Assembly: GCA_017409875.1 (NCBI GenBank)
Contig: JAFQRW010000020.1
Span: forward strand, 22,265-86,264
Reading direction: 5' to 3'
Origin: Clostridia bacterium
GTDB taxonomy: Bacteria; Bacillota; Clostridia; RGIG6154
DNA length: 64,000 bases
A model generated the notes under the pieces. It saw only the letters and a list, made by a program, of their open reading frames with translations, searched no databases and was not told the DNA's origin. The stretch's first letter is position 1. Each line of letters starts with the position of its first letter. Of the stretch, positions 1 to 8,618 are shown one piece after another. The translations under genes were made by a program, and so were the position numbers.

Positions 1-167
1 ATAATAACATGATCACCGCAATCAGCATGAGGTGTAAAGGTAGGAAGGTGCTTGCCGCGAAGAATTGCTGCTGCCTGAGCTGCAACACGTCCTAAAGGCT
101 TACCTTCAGCATCTATGATATACCATTTTCTCTCGATATTTTCTGCATTTGCCATAAATGTACGCAT
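1..167 (-). CDS. rplM: 50S ribosomal protein L13, N-terminal ~55 codons (gene leaves the window at position 1)
   Basis: Own translation from reverse-strand ATG 167-165 (GGAGG ~9 nt upstream): [55 protein letters not shown]. This is the conserved L13 N-terminus. Absent from the ORF track because it is truncated. Confidence 0.9.
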   Translation of the reverse strand, partial: MRTFMANAENIERKWYIIDAEGKPLGRVAAQAAAILRGKHLPTFTPHADCGDHVI

Positions 168-305
168 AGAAAAAATCCTCCTCTTTTAAAATACTATGCC
201 ATTTTAATACAACGAAAATGTTTTGTCAATAACTTTTTTAAAACTTTTTGCACCGCAAGACATTTTCTTTGATTTTCTTTAATTTTTGTCATTTTTCTCT
301 GTTTT

Positions 306-803
306 TTAATCAACAAATTTATTTTTATACGCCTTTGAAGTCATAATTTTTTTAATTCTTGGCCTGTTATAACGCTGTATCATTATAAAAGGAATATTAC
401 CTATTATATATAAAATTGTAAACACAATTCCAACGTTGCTGCTTTTATTTAAAACATAAAAAACAGGCGCGCACAATATTAAAACTCTGTGACAAAACTC
501 TGCTCTTATGGTTTCTAAATAAAACCTGCCCAGATAAGCTTTATCAATTCCCTTTAAAGAGCCTTTTGAAAAGCCTTTATGCACTATCTCAGAAAACTGG
601 GGGAGCTTGTCTTTCCATACGGAAATTTTAAAATACTTATCATAAAATCTTCCGCAGTCTTCAAATTTAAAATCATGATATGTTGAAATTTTGTGCGGAG
701 TAAAAACAGCCGACGGAATTGCTGCTATTAAAAGTCCTGAAATAATACCTATTATTATAATGCAGGCAAAGTTGTATCCTAAAAGCACAAAAAACATTTT
801 CAT
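306..803 (-). CDS. small polytopic membrane protein, CrtO-like (glycosyl-4,4'-diaponeurosporenoate acyltransferase family)
   Basis: 165 aa. The ETIRAEFCHR and IQRYNRPR strings and the length resemble staphylococcal CrtO (recall only). Confidence 0.5.
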   Translation of the reverse strand: MKMFFVLLGYNFACIIIIGIISGLLIAAIPSAVFTPHKISTYHDFKFEDCGRFYDKYFKISVWKDKLPQFSEIVHKGFSKGSLKGIDKAYLGRFYLETIRAEFCHRVLILCAPVFYVLNKSSNVGIVFTILYIIGNIPFIMIQRYNRPRIKKIMTSKAYKNKFVD

Positions 804-916
804 TGCAAATTTTCCCTTTACACTTTAATAAAAATATGGTACAATAAGTATGTTATTATATTTTCAAAAAATTGTCAATATTATTTATATGATAATCCTA
901 TTATCGGGAGGGTATT

Positions 917-1213
917 ATGGCTAAGAAAAAAATCGAAGAACTTATCTACAAAGAAAGACCGCTTACAAGACGTGGAAACGAAATGTTTTACGGCTTTATT
1001 GATGATAAGTTTTTAGTAAAACTAACCGTTAAAGAAAGTCAGTCGATTGACAATCTTGAGGTTGGCACAAAAATTATGGTTCAGCTTATTACAAACAACA
1101 CATACTTGCAAGGCAAAGAAAGAGTTATCAAGCAAAAAGAAGCTACAGGTCTTTATTCTGCTTTAGACTTAGGATTTGTGTGGCTTGATGATGCACTTTC
1201 ATTTGAAGCGTAA
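917..1213 (+). CDS. hypothetical protein (98 aa)
   Basis: ORF with GGGAGG RBS and a downstream terminator. No motif recognised. Confidence 0.6.
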   Translation: MAKKKIEELIYKERPLTRRGNEMFYGFIDDKFLVKLTVKESQSIDNLEVGTKIMVQLITNNTYLQGKERVIKQKEATGLYSALDLGFVWLDDALSFEA

Positions 1214-1245
1214 ATGCTTCAATGCGAAATTAATTGGTAAAAGTT

Positions 1246-1276
1246 AAAAAGATGTGATTTTATCACATCTTTTTTA
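1246..1276 (+). terminator. rho-independent terminator
   Basis: GATGTGAT-ttt-ATCACATC hairpin followed by a T run. Confidence 0.75.
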
Positions 1277-1345
1277 ATTAATAATGAATAATTGTTGTAG
1301 CAAAATCTCAAATCTTTGAGATTTTTCTTTTAATTCAAGGCTTTT

Positions 1346-1558
1346 TTAACTCTCAAGATAATCCAAAAGCTCTTTAATGTTTTCAAGCACGTAGGTAGGT
1401 TTTGCATCACTTGATGCGATATCTTCCCTTGTACCTTCTCCGCTTAAAACAAAAATAGATGTTATTCCTGCATTTACCCCGCAGGCAATATCTGTATAAA
1501 GACGGTCGCCTATTACTGCTGTTTCTTCTTTTGAAGAGCCTGTTTTTGTCCTTGCCAA
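1346..1558 (-). pseudogene. C-terminal remnant of a HAD-IIA (NagD-like) hydrolase
   Basis: The 70-aa ORF carries only the last HAD motif region (VIGDRLYTDIACGVNAGITSIFVLSGEG). No N-terminal DxD catalytic part exists upstream, because the thioesterase stop lies 35 bp away. Confidence 0.65.
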
Positions 1559-1593
1559 ATTTTAGTACCAAACAACTAATTTGTCAATATATT

Positions 1594-2064
1594 TTAGTAA
1601 TTTTCCTGCCTGCGTTTTTTCCTCAAATTATATCTTTTTTCAGCCATTAACCATTCGTATTCCTCCTCATCTGAAATGAGCTTAAGGGGCGGAACCAAGG
1701 TAGGCTTTTCATTTTGGTCTAATGCCACCATTACAATGTACGCCGTGTTTATTAAAGTCTGCTCGCCCGAAAGTGCCTCAATATAGGTCTTTACACAAAC
1801 TTCCATAGACGTTTTTCCTGCATAAGTAATATAGCCTTCCAAAACTACAGTATCGTTAGGATGCGCCGCACCTTTAAACTGCAAAGTATCTACTACCGCA
1901 GTAGTTACATTTTTCCCCGAGTGGCGTCTTGCCACCACTGCAGCGACAACATCAATCCACTCCATAAGCTTTCCACCGAAAAGACGGTTGTATCCGTTAA
2001 TACTCCCTTGTGTCAGCACCTGCACCTGAGTTGCTCTTGAAAAATCAACTGTTTTTGGTTTCAT
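1594..2064 (-). CDS. acyl-CoA thioesterase (hotdog fold)
   Basis: 156 aa. NGYNRLFGGKLMEWIDVVAAVVARRH and TSMEVCV are typical of the acyl-CoA hydrolase family. Confidence 0.75.
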   Translation of the reverse strand: MKPKTVDFSRATQVQVLTQGSINGYNRLFGGKLMEWIDVVAAVVARRHSGKNVTTAVVDTLQFKGAAHPNDTVVLEGYITYAGKTSMEVCVKTYIEALSGEQTLINTAYIVMVALDQNEKPTLVPPLKLISDEEEYEWLMAEKRYNLRKKRRQENY

Positions 2065-2107
2065 AAGCTGTCTCCTTTTTTAAAGGTGAATTTTTAAATA
2101 TTTTTAC

Positions 2108-2136
2108 TTGATTTTTATCTTAATGTGTGTTATACT
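2108..2136 (+). promoter_or_regulatory. sigma-A type promoter upstream of the tRNA-Arg locus
   Basis: TTGATT-17 nt-TATACT with TG upstream. Nearly the same promoter precedes tRNA-Pro at 39070-39098. Confidence 0.6.
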
Positions 2137-2169
2137 ACCAATATTGATTATCAAAAACAAAAAAAATAT

Positions 2170-2227
2170 GCACCCTTAGCTCAGCTGGATAGAGTAACCG
2201 GTAACACAACCGGTAGGTCGGGGGTGC
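2170..2227 (+). pseudogene. tRNA-Arg-like copy lacking a T arm, with an altered anticodon loop
   Basis: Identical to tRNA-Arg (2385-2461) over the first 33 nt and over ACCGGTAGGTCGGGGG. The anticodon loop is TAACACA instead of CTACGAA, and the sequence runs straight into GGGTGC, which can pair with the 5' GCACCC. No TTCGAAT T loop is present. Confidence 0.6.
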
Positions 2228-2384
2228 CCGCGTATCGACCGCCGCCTGTGGCGGATAAAGGGAGAACGCAAGGGCTGTGCCGTAACACAATGAAATGAGC
2301 TGTTCTTCAGCGATATTGAATTGATGTTACAAACGGGTAGAATCCCGTAGTGGTGAGAACCCTAAAAAATTTAAAACAAAATAT

Positions 2385-2461
2385 GCACCCTTAGCTCAGC
2401 TGGATAGAGTAACCGGCTACGAACCGGTAGGTCGGGGGTTCGAATCCCTCAGGGTGTGCCA
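2385..2461 (+). tRNA. tRNA-Arg (anticodon ACG), CCA encoded
   Basis: Manual cloverleaf: acceptor GCACCCT/AGGGTGT, anticodon arm ACCGG-CTACGAA-CCGGT, T arm GGGGG-TTCGAAT-CCCTC, 77 nt. Confidence 0.9.
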
Positions 2462-2500
2462 AACATAAAAAGTACCGCAAGGTGCTTTTTTTGTTTTCTT

Positions 2501-2580
2501 GGAGTTCGATTCTCGCCTTTATCATAAACAAAAAAGCCACTTGTGTGGCTTTTTGTTTATGGTGGAGATGAGGAGAATCG
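2501..2580. repeat. 80-bp direct repeat, copy 1 (orphan copy of the ssrA 3' end plus terminator)
   Basis: Identical base for base to 2701-2780. Contains TGGTGGAGATGAGGAGAATCG, the reverse complement of the last 21 nt of tmRNA. Confidence 0.9.
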
Positions 2581-2700
2581 GGCAGCAAGAATTGCTGCCA
2601 CTGCTCGCCGACCGCAAGCAATGGCTTGCAGTACCCGTCTTCGCACCACTCACTGACAAAACAGTTCACCGAACTGTTTTGTTTTATCGTTCGTGCTTTC

Positions 2701-2780
2701 GGAGTTCGATTCTCGCCTTTATCATAAACAAAAAAGCCACTTGTGTGGCTTTTTGTTTATGGTGGAGATGAGGAGAATCG
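2701..2780. repeat. 80-bp direct repeat, copy 2 (overlaps the true ssrA 3' end)
   Basis: Identical to 2501-2580. Includes the hairpin AAAAAGCCAC-ttgt-GTGGCTTTTT and the ssrA acceptor/T-loop end. Confidence 0.9.
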
Positions 2781-3107
2781 AACTCCTGTCCGAAAATTTG
2801 TCCTTCGATACGTCTACAGGTTTAGTTTACGGATTAAATTTCATTCCCGCAGGGCACCGTAAACGAAGCCCTTTAGGACATAGCTTTTTATACCTGATTT
2901 GCTAAAAGCGTCACAAATTCATGTTCACTGCGTAAATTGACGCCTTGCTCCATGCCGCAGTAACACGGGCGAAGACGGCAGCCTTAATTAGGCAGCGTAA
3001 GCTAAATTTTTGTTAGCGTTTAAAATTTAATTGCACATTTTAAAGATGCTGTGCGCATCTACCTGCAATACCGAGCTCTTAATCCCCGTCGAAACCATTG
3101 CACCCCC
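2760..3107 (-). ncRNA. ssrA: tmRNA (SsrA), ~348 nt
   Basis: Reverse strand starts GGGGGTGCAATGGTTTCGACGGGG and ends GGAGTTCGATTCTCCTCATCTCCACCA. Tag reading frame at 3017-2988: GCT AAC AAA AAT TTA GCT TAC GCT GCC TAA = ANKNLAYAA*. smpB lies immediately upstream. Confidence 0.92.
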
Positions 3108-3197
3108 ATATTTATTAATGAATAATTGTTGTGGCAATCGCAGGTGCGATTGCTTTTATATTTTAATACGCTATTATTCTGTTGTCAATGGGAAATG

Positions 3198-3659
3198 TTA
3201 GAATTTCTGCCTTACTGCTCTTTCCATATCCCTTTTGGCTGATTTTTTTGCCTCAGTTTCACGCTTATCGTAAAGCTTTTTACCCTTTGCAACTGCAACC
3301 TCTACCTTAACATAAGAACCTTTAAGATAAACAGATGTTGGAATTAAAGAATATCCGTCCTGCTTAACAAGCCCATAAAGCTTTGCAATTTCTCTTTTGT
3401 GCAGCAAAAGCTTTCTCACTCTTAGCGGGTCTTTGTTGAAAATATTGCCTTTTTCATAAGGGCTTACGTGCATACCCAAAATAAAAGCCTCGCCGCCCTT
3501 TATGTTAACCCAGCTGTCTTTTAAATTAACGCTTCCCTGCCTTACCGACTTAACCTCGGTGCCAAAAAGCTCAATGCCTGCTTCGTATTTATCTTCTATA
3601 AAATAATCATGGTATGCTTTTTTATTGTTGGCAATAACCTTAATATTATTTTCTGCCAT
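3198..3659 (-). CDS. smpB: SsrA-binding protein SmpB
   Basis: [32 protein letters not shown] is the SmpB signature. Start moved to the ATG at 3659, which has a GGGAGA RBS. Confidence 0.92.
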   Translation of the reverse strand: MAENNIKVIANNKKAYHDYFIEDKYEAGIELFGTEVKSVRQGSVNLKDSWVNIKGGEAFILGMHVSPYEKGNIFNKDPLRVRKLLLHKREIAKLYGLVKQDGYSLIPTSVYLKGSYVKVEVAVAKGKKLYDKRETEAKKSAKRDMERAVRQKF

Positions 3660-4329
3660 GTTTTTCTCCCTTATTAATAAATCTGTTGTGAACAAAAATT
3701 CCAATCAAGCTTACTGCACCTATTACGGCATAAATAGCGGCAGTTTGCAATAAATCGCCTTGTGCAAAGGTAGCCCCTGCATAAGTCGAGGATAAAATCG
3801 CAGGAATACGCGCAGTGCATGACAAAATCAGAAATCTCTTCATATCAATTTTAGTCAGCGGCACAAAATAGGTAAGAACATCTTTAGGTGTTCCCGGAAT
3901 AAAAAAGAGCAAAAATATTATATATTCAAGCTTCTTTTTATCGTTCAAAAACTTTAATTTTTCAAATTTTTCAGGGATTTTGAAGTTATCGGGATTGCGT
4001 CTGCTTAAAAGTCTGACAAACTTAAACACCAAGAATTCACCAAGTGCCACACCTAAAATGCATATCAACGTCCCCAAAACCGTCTTATATAAAGCTCCTG
4101 CCACAAACTCCACAAGCTCTCCGGGAATGAGCGCAACAACAATCTGAAAAACCTGGATTGCAAGCAACACAAAAGCGCCCCACGTGCCAAAGCTTTCGAT
4201 GTATGCCGTAAGCCTCTCGTGGTCATCGTATGATGCAAAAATAGGGATAAGTGCTACAGTAAGTGCCAGCGCTATTAAGATAACAAGTATTATTGATACA
4301 ATTTTAAGCTTGCTTACTTTTTTCTTCAT
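3646..4329 (-). CDS. TVP38/TMEM64 (DedA-related) family membrane protein
   Basis: Multi-TM protein with [12 protein letters not shown] and [11 protein letters not shown] motifs. ATG at 4329 with RBS preferred over GTG at 4341. Confidence 0.7.
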   Translation of the reverse strand: MKKKVSKLKIVSIILVILIALALTVALIPIFASYDDHERLTAYIESFGTWGAFVLLAIQVFQIVVALIPGELVEFVAGALYKTVLGTLICILGVALGEFLVFKFVRLLSRRNPDNFKIPEKFEKLKFLNDKKKLEYIIFLLFFIPGTPKDVLTYFVPLTKIDMKRFLILSCTARIPAILSSTYAGATFAQGDLLQTAAIYAVIGAVSLIGIFVHNRFINKGEKHGRK

Positions 4330-4473
4330 CGATAACTCCACAAACCAATAATCTGTTTTTTAAATGATATCATAAAACTGCTGCATTGTCAAAAATATAT
4401 TACCGGTTTTTGTTGAAAACAACTAACATTTATGATAGAATGTAAAAGTAAATGCTTTTAAAAGGAGGGAATT

Positions 4474-6348
4474 TTGCAAATGAGTGATATACAGCAAGCG
4501 CCTGAAAAAACTTTAAAACCAAAAAGCAAAATAGACTATCTCGGTTTTTTCCTTGCTCCGCTTTTTGTTCTTATAACCATAGAAATTATGCACCTTTCGC
4601 ACTTTACGGGCTATCCGCAGTTTTTCGGAAACCCTTACTTTTTGTTAAAGTGGCTTATTTCGTATGTTTTTCTGCTTTTATTCCAAAGTGTTTTGCTGAT
4701 TATTATCCCAACCTTTTGCGCAGTTCATACAATCCAGACGGTTTTATTTTATATAATGGGATTTATCACCGAAGTTCTTATCAAAGTTACAGGCGATCCA
4801 CTTTTGCCTTCAGACCTGTTTTTGATTGACAATATGGGCGAAATTTCAACCTTTGTTGAAATACCGCTTCTGGTTCAGTGCGTTGTATCTTTAATTTTTG
4901 CGATATTCTCTATCATATTTTTTGTAAGAAGAAGAAAAAAACATAAAACAAAGCTGAATTTAATACCTAAAATAGCACTTTGTGTTGCAGCAGTGTTGGT
5001 TTTCACGGGCTACAGTTATGCAATGTGTTTTAACAGAATAGTTAAATACAGAGTGTTTCCAAAAATAAAAATAGAAGTTGCTGCATTTAATCCACAGGCA
5101 GATTATTTTGCAAATGGCCTTGTTCTCACATTTTTCCCGAGAATAGGCGAGCTTAGAATTGAAAAGCCTGAGGGCTACAGTGCTGAAAAAATAGAAGAGC
5201 TTAAGTCAAAAGACCACACTAATGCTTCTAAAAACAACATCCGTCCCAATATAATTGCAATCCAAAACGAAGCACTTTGGGACGTTACCCTTTTGCCTGA
5301 TACAAGTTTTTCATCTGACCCGATGTCAAACATAAGAAGAATTGGCAAGGAAGATAACGCAAAACTCGGTACGCTTATAAGTCCAGTGTTCGGCGGAGGT
5401 ACCTGTATGCCTGAATTTGAGTTTTTAACAGGTCTTTCCACCAACTTTTTGCCCGCAAGCGTATACCCGTATATCCAGGCTGTGAACAGACCAACATCTT
5501 CTTTGGTATCAAGCTTTAAAAATAACGGCTACCAGACTTATGCACTTCACACATATAAGAAGAATTTTTACGGAAGAAACAAAGCATATCCTTTGTTGGG
5601 ATTTGAAACCTTTTTAGGGGACGAAGACCTTGAAAACCCCGAAATAAAGGGTTGGTATATTTCTGATATGGAAGTAACACGCCAGCTTATAAAAGCCTAT
5701 GAAAATAAGCAAAAAGACAGAATTTTTGCGTTTGCAGTAACCATGCAAAACCACGGCGGATATAATTGGCAAAGATATGCGAGCTATGACATTATAACCG
5801 AAAACGAAAAATTAAACGAAACCGACCTTTTGGGTGTAAAAGAATTTACACAGGGCGTGTTTGACTCAGACGTCGCTTTTTCGGCTTTGGTTGACTATTT
5901 TAGAACCGTTGACGAACCTACAATAATAGTAATGTACGGCGACCACCTGCCGCTTTTAGGCACAGAGGGAAGCACTTATATCGACTCAGGATTTATCAAA
6001 AAACCGAGCGAAAAGTTTTTAGCAGGCGACTATCCTGAGCTTCACCGCACCCCTTATATCGTGTGGGCAAACTATGATATTGATTTAACAGATTTTGAAG
6101 ACCCCATAAGCCCCGCTAATTTGGGACTTTCGGTCTATAATCTTGCAGGTCTTACAAACGTGCCCTGGTACTATTCGTTAATTGATAATTTCTATGACGA
6201 ATACCCTGTATACAGCCCGTATACAATAGAAAATAAAAATCATATAACTATTGCCGAAACAGAAGACGCACTCCACAATATGGCGGTGGAATATAAATAT
6301 ATTCAGTACGACCTTCTTCATGGCAAGAACTATGCAGAAAATGAATAA
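4474..6348 (+). CDS. LTA synthase / sulfatase-family membrane protein
   Basis: N-terminal polytopic domain plus an extracytoplasmic sulfatase-like domain (GGTCMPEFEFLTGLS, MQNHGGY, GDHLP). Start is TTG 4474 or ATG 4480. Confidence 0.75.
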   Translation: MQMSDIQQAPEKTLKPKSKIDYLGFFLAPLFVLITIEIMHLSHFTGYPQFFGNPYFLLKWLISYVFLLLFQSVLLIIIPTFCAVHTIQTVLFYIMGFITEVLIKVTGDPLLPSDLFLIDNMGEISTFVEIPLLVQCVVSLIFAIFSIIFFVRRRKKHKTKLNLIPKIALCVAAVLVFTGYSYAMCFNRIVKYRVFPKIKIEVAAFNPQADYFANGLVLTFFPRIGELRIEKPEGYSAEKIEELKSKDHTNASKNNIRPNIIAIQNEALWDVTLLPDTSFSSDPMSNIRRIGKEDNAKLGTLISPVFGGGTCMPEFEFLTGLSTNFLPASVYPYIQAVNRPTSSLVSSFKNNGYQTYALHTYKKNFYGRNKAYPLLGFETFLGDEDLENPEIKGWYISDMEVTRQLIKAYENKQKDRIFAFAVTMQNHGGYNWQRYASYDIITENEKLNETDLLGVKEFTQGVFDSDVAFSALVDYFRTVDEPTIIVMYGDHLPLLGTEGSTYIDSGFIKKPSEKFLAGDYPELHRTPYIVWANYDIDLTDFEDPISPANLGLSVYNLAGLTNVPWYYSLIDNFYDEYPVYSPYTIENKNHITIAETEDALHNMAVEYKYIQYDLLHGKNYAENE

Positions 6349-7114
6349 AAAAGAAATAGTTGATAAAATCGCAACCGAAAAAGAAGATAAAATTTTAGTT
6401 TCGCATCTTTTAGACCTTGATTTAAAGGCAAGTGCAAGGGGTTTTACGGCGTCAAGCGGATTTTTAGATTTAAACCGCAAATCAATGATAGATGAAGCAA
6501 GAAAGTATTTTAACTGCACTCTTTGCTTTTTTGGCGGCTATGAGGACGCAGAACGTAAAGCCGTATACTTTTTGCCTGATGAAAACTCTTTGCCCGATTA
6601 TTCAGACTTGGCGGTGCTGACGTCAAAAACCCTCTCGCCCGTAAGCCACAGAGATGTCTTAGGCTCTTTAATGTCGCTTGGGATTGACAGAAGCTTAGTC
6701 GGCGATATTTTAATATCTCCCTCGCAAGTTCAGATAATGATAAAAAAAGAAATATCGCAGTTTATTGTGCAGAATTTTCTGCGTGCAGGAAAAGTGCACC
6801 TGTCGTTTGAAATCAGCGATATCAGTAACATACAAGAAAGTGAAAAAAGAACAAAAGAAATTTCAGGCACCATAAAATCACTTCGTTTAGACAGCGTGCT
6901 TTCACTTGCATTTTCCATTTCAAGAACAGCCTCAAAAGACTTTATTTTGGCATCAAAGGTTTTTGTGAACGATAAATGTATTACAAAGTCTGACTTTGCC
7001 TTAAAAGAAGGGGATAAACTGACGCTTCGCGGTAAAGGCAAAGCCTTTTTAAAGGAAATTGGCAGTTTAAGCCGTAAAGAAAGAATTTTTATAACAATAG
7101 AAAAGTACATTTAA
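6332..7114 (+). CDS. ylmH: YlmH-like RNA-binding protein with S4 domain
   Basis: C-terminal S4 motif LRLDSVLSLAFSISRTASKDFILASKVFVN. Start is ATG 6332 or 6341. The track ORF start at 6251 overlaps the previous gene. Confidence 0.65.
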   Translation: MQKMNKKEIVDKIATEKEDKILVSHLLDLDLKASARGFTASSGFLDLNRKSMIDEARKYFNCTLCFFGGYEDAERKAVYFLPDENSLPDYSDLAVLTSKTLSPVSHRDVLGSLMSLGIDRSLVGDILISPSQVQIMIKKEISQFIVQNFLRAGKVHLSFEISDISNIQESEKRTKEISGTIKSLRLDSVLSLAFSISRTASKDFILASKVFVNDKCITKSDFALKEGDKLTLRGKGKAFLKEIGSLSRKERIFITIEKYI

Positions 7115-7126
7115 GGAGAAATAAAA

Positions 7127-7372
7127 ATGAGATATTTTACAAAAGGAGTATGCTCGTCCGCTATCGACTTTGATGTTGACGGCGGCAAGCTTAAAAACGT
7201 AAAGTTCACAGGCGGTTGCTCAGGAAATACACAAGGCGTGGCATCGCTTGTAGAAGGGATGGATGTAGACGAAGTTATAAAACGTTGCGAAAACATAAAA
7301 TGCGGCTTTAAAAACACGTCGTGTCCCGACCAGCTTGCCAAAGCCTTAAAAGAATATAAACAACAAAACTAA
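7127..7372 (+). CDS. TSCPD-domain protein (TIGR03905-type)
   Basis: 81 aa with FTGGCSGNTQGVASLVEG and CGFKNTSCPDQLAKAL. Confidence 0.7.
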   Translation: MRYFTKGVCSSAIDFDVDGGKLKNVKFTGGCSGNTQGVASLVEGMDVDEVIKRCENIKCGFKNTSCPDQLAKALKEYKQQN

Positions 7373-7399
7373 AAAGCAGACCAAAGGTCTGCTTTTTTA
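7371..7399. terminator. bidirectional terminator
   Basis: AGCAGACC-aaa-GGTCTGCT hairpin flanked by A and T runs, between convergent genes. Confidence 0.75.
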
Positions 7400-8071
7400 A
7401 AGCAAAATATTTATAAGCTCAGATACCGATTTTACTGTAATAGTCACAGGCAAATCGGTTGTTTTTCCGTTTGGATTTACCCAAGCCGTGTCAATTCCAT
7501 TATTTATTCCGCCTAAAATGTCAGATGAAAGAGAATCGCCCACAATTAAGATTTTAGATTTGTCCTTTTCGTTGATTTCACGAAACACAACATCAAAAAA
7601 CTCTTTGTTTGGCTTGCTTGCGCCGATTTGGTCAGAATTAAACACTTTTAAAAACAAATCATAAAACCCGCTTCCTTTAAGCCTCGCGGTTGAAACCTTT
7701 AAAAGCGCATTTGTCACAGCATAAACATCATATTTTTCTTTAAGCTTTATGAGTGCATCTTTTGCTCCGTCTATTTCAAAAAAACCCCTTGAGGTATTGC
7801 TTATGAAAATTTCGTTTGCCATACAAGCGTCAAAATCAAAGCCATACCTTTCTGCCAAAAGTTCAAACCTTTTAACAACCAGCCTCTTTTTAGTAATCTC
7901 GCCTTTTTGGTACTTTTCCCAAAGCTTTACATTAATACCGTTGTAGGTTTTAACAATTTCATCTGTGCATATAAGTCCAAGCTGTTTTAAAGTTTCATTA
8001 AGAGCATAATATTCAGTTTTGCCGAAATCCAAAAGAGTATCGTCAACATCAAAAAGTAAGGTGGTATACAT
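7397..8071 (-). CDS. HAD-family hydrolase (YjjG-like nucleotidase type)
   Basis: LLFDVDDTLLDF motif I and VGDSLSSDILGG motif IV. ATG 8071 has a GAGGA RBS. Confidence 0.7.
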   Translation of the reverse strand: MYTTLLFDVDDTLLDFGKTEYYALNETLKQLGLICTDEIVKTYNGINVKLWEKYQKGEITKKRLVVKRFELLAERYGFDFDACMANEIFISNTSRGFFEIDGAKDALIKLKEKYDVYAVTNALLKVSTARLKGSGFYDLFLKVFNSDQIGASKPNKEFFDVVFREINEKDKSKILIVGDSLSSDILGGINNGIDTAWVNPNGKTTDLPVTITVKSVSELINILL

Positions 8072-8122
8072 AGTTATCCTCATATAAAAAGCGGAAGGAA
8101 CACCTTCCGCTTATGTATCAAA

Positions 8123-8557
8123 TTACTTGCTTGTAAGGGTTGCTGTCTGCGAAACTTCATCCCAGCTAACATCAACATCCATAGCATCTGAGATAGCATG
8201 AAGCGGAACTAAAGTTCTCCAGTTCACTTCTCTTGCAGGCACTTCCAATTTAACAGGTATGCCATTTACAAACATAACATCGTTGTCAATCTGCATAACA
8301 ATAATAAGGTTGCCTTTTCTTGAAATAACAGTTTCAGTTGCTTCGTCATAGTCAACAGTTGCACCCAAAGACTCAAAAATCTTTCTAACAGGAACAAGTG
8401 TTCTGCCGTCTTCTACCAATGGCTTTTGGTCAAACTCCAATGTCTTGCCGTCAAGCACTACAGTAACATTCATGCTTTCATCAAAAACAGGCTGTGCAAA
8501 AGCTGCAAAAGATGTGCATAAAACAATCGCTAAAACCAACGCAATAATCTTTTTCAT
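8123..8557 (-). CDS. secreted copper-amine-oxidase N-terminal (stalk) domain protein
   Basis: Signal peptide MKKIIALVLAIVLCTSFAAFA. Also has GRTLVPVRKIFESLGATVDYD and WRTLVPLHAISDAMDVDVSWD repeats. Confidence 0.7.
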   Translation of the reverse strand: MKKIIALVLAIVLCTSFAAFAQPVFDESMNVTVVLDGKTLEFDQKPLVEDGRTLVPVRKIFESLGATVDYDEATETVISRKGNLIIVMQIDNDVMFVNGIPVKLEVPAREVNWRTLVPLHAISDAMDVDVSWDEVSQTATLTSK

Positions 8558-8618
8558 AAGTCACAACTCCTTTTTTTATTCATATATTTATCATAGCTTA
8601 TTTTAAGTGTTTTGTCAA

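Noticed and set aside
2501-2780. Possible CRISPR array (80-bp repeats 200 bp apart)
   Set aside because: Only two copies exist and the repeat is far longer than CRISPR repeats. It consists of the ssrA 3' end plus a terminator. No cas genes are present.
2391-2905. Track ORFs 2391-2669(-), 2499-2771(+) and 2693-2905(+)
   Set aside because: They overlap tRNA-Arg, the 80-bp repeats and the tmRNA gene. Their similar 'protein' segments only reflect the DNA repeat. No RBS is present.
3109-3137. The 22-bp shared motif read as an ssrA promoter (TTGCCA-17-TAAATA on the minus strand)
   Set aside because: The putative -10 would end only ~1 nt before the mature tmRNA 5' end. That is incompatible with a precursor processed by RNase P. 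The spacing to other -10 candidates is poor.
6251-6331. 5' extension of the YlmH-like ORF overlapping the LTA-synthase gene
   Set aside because: It overlaps the upstream gene by ~100 nt in another frame. In-frame ATGs at 6332 and 6341, close to the upstream stop, are more plausible starts.
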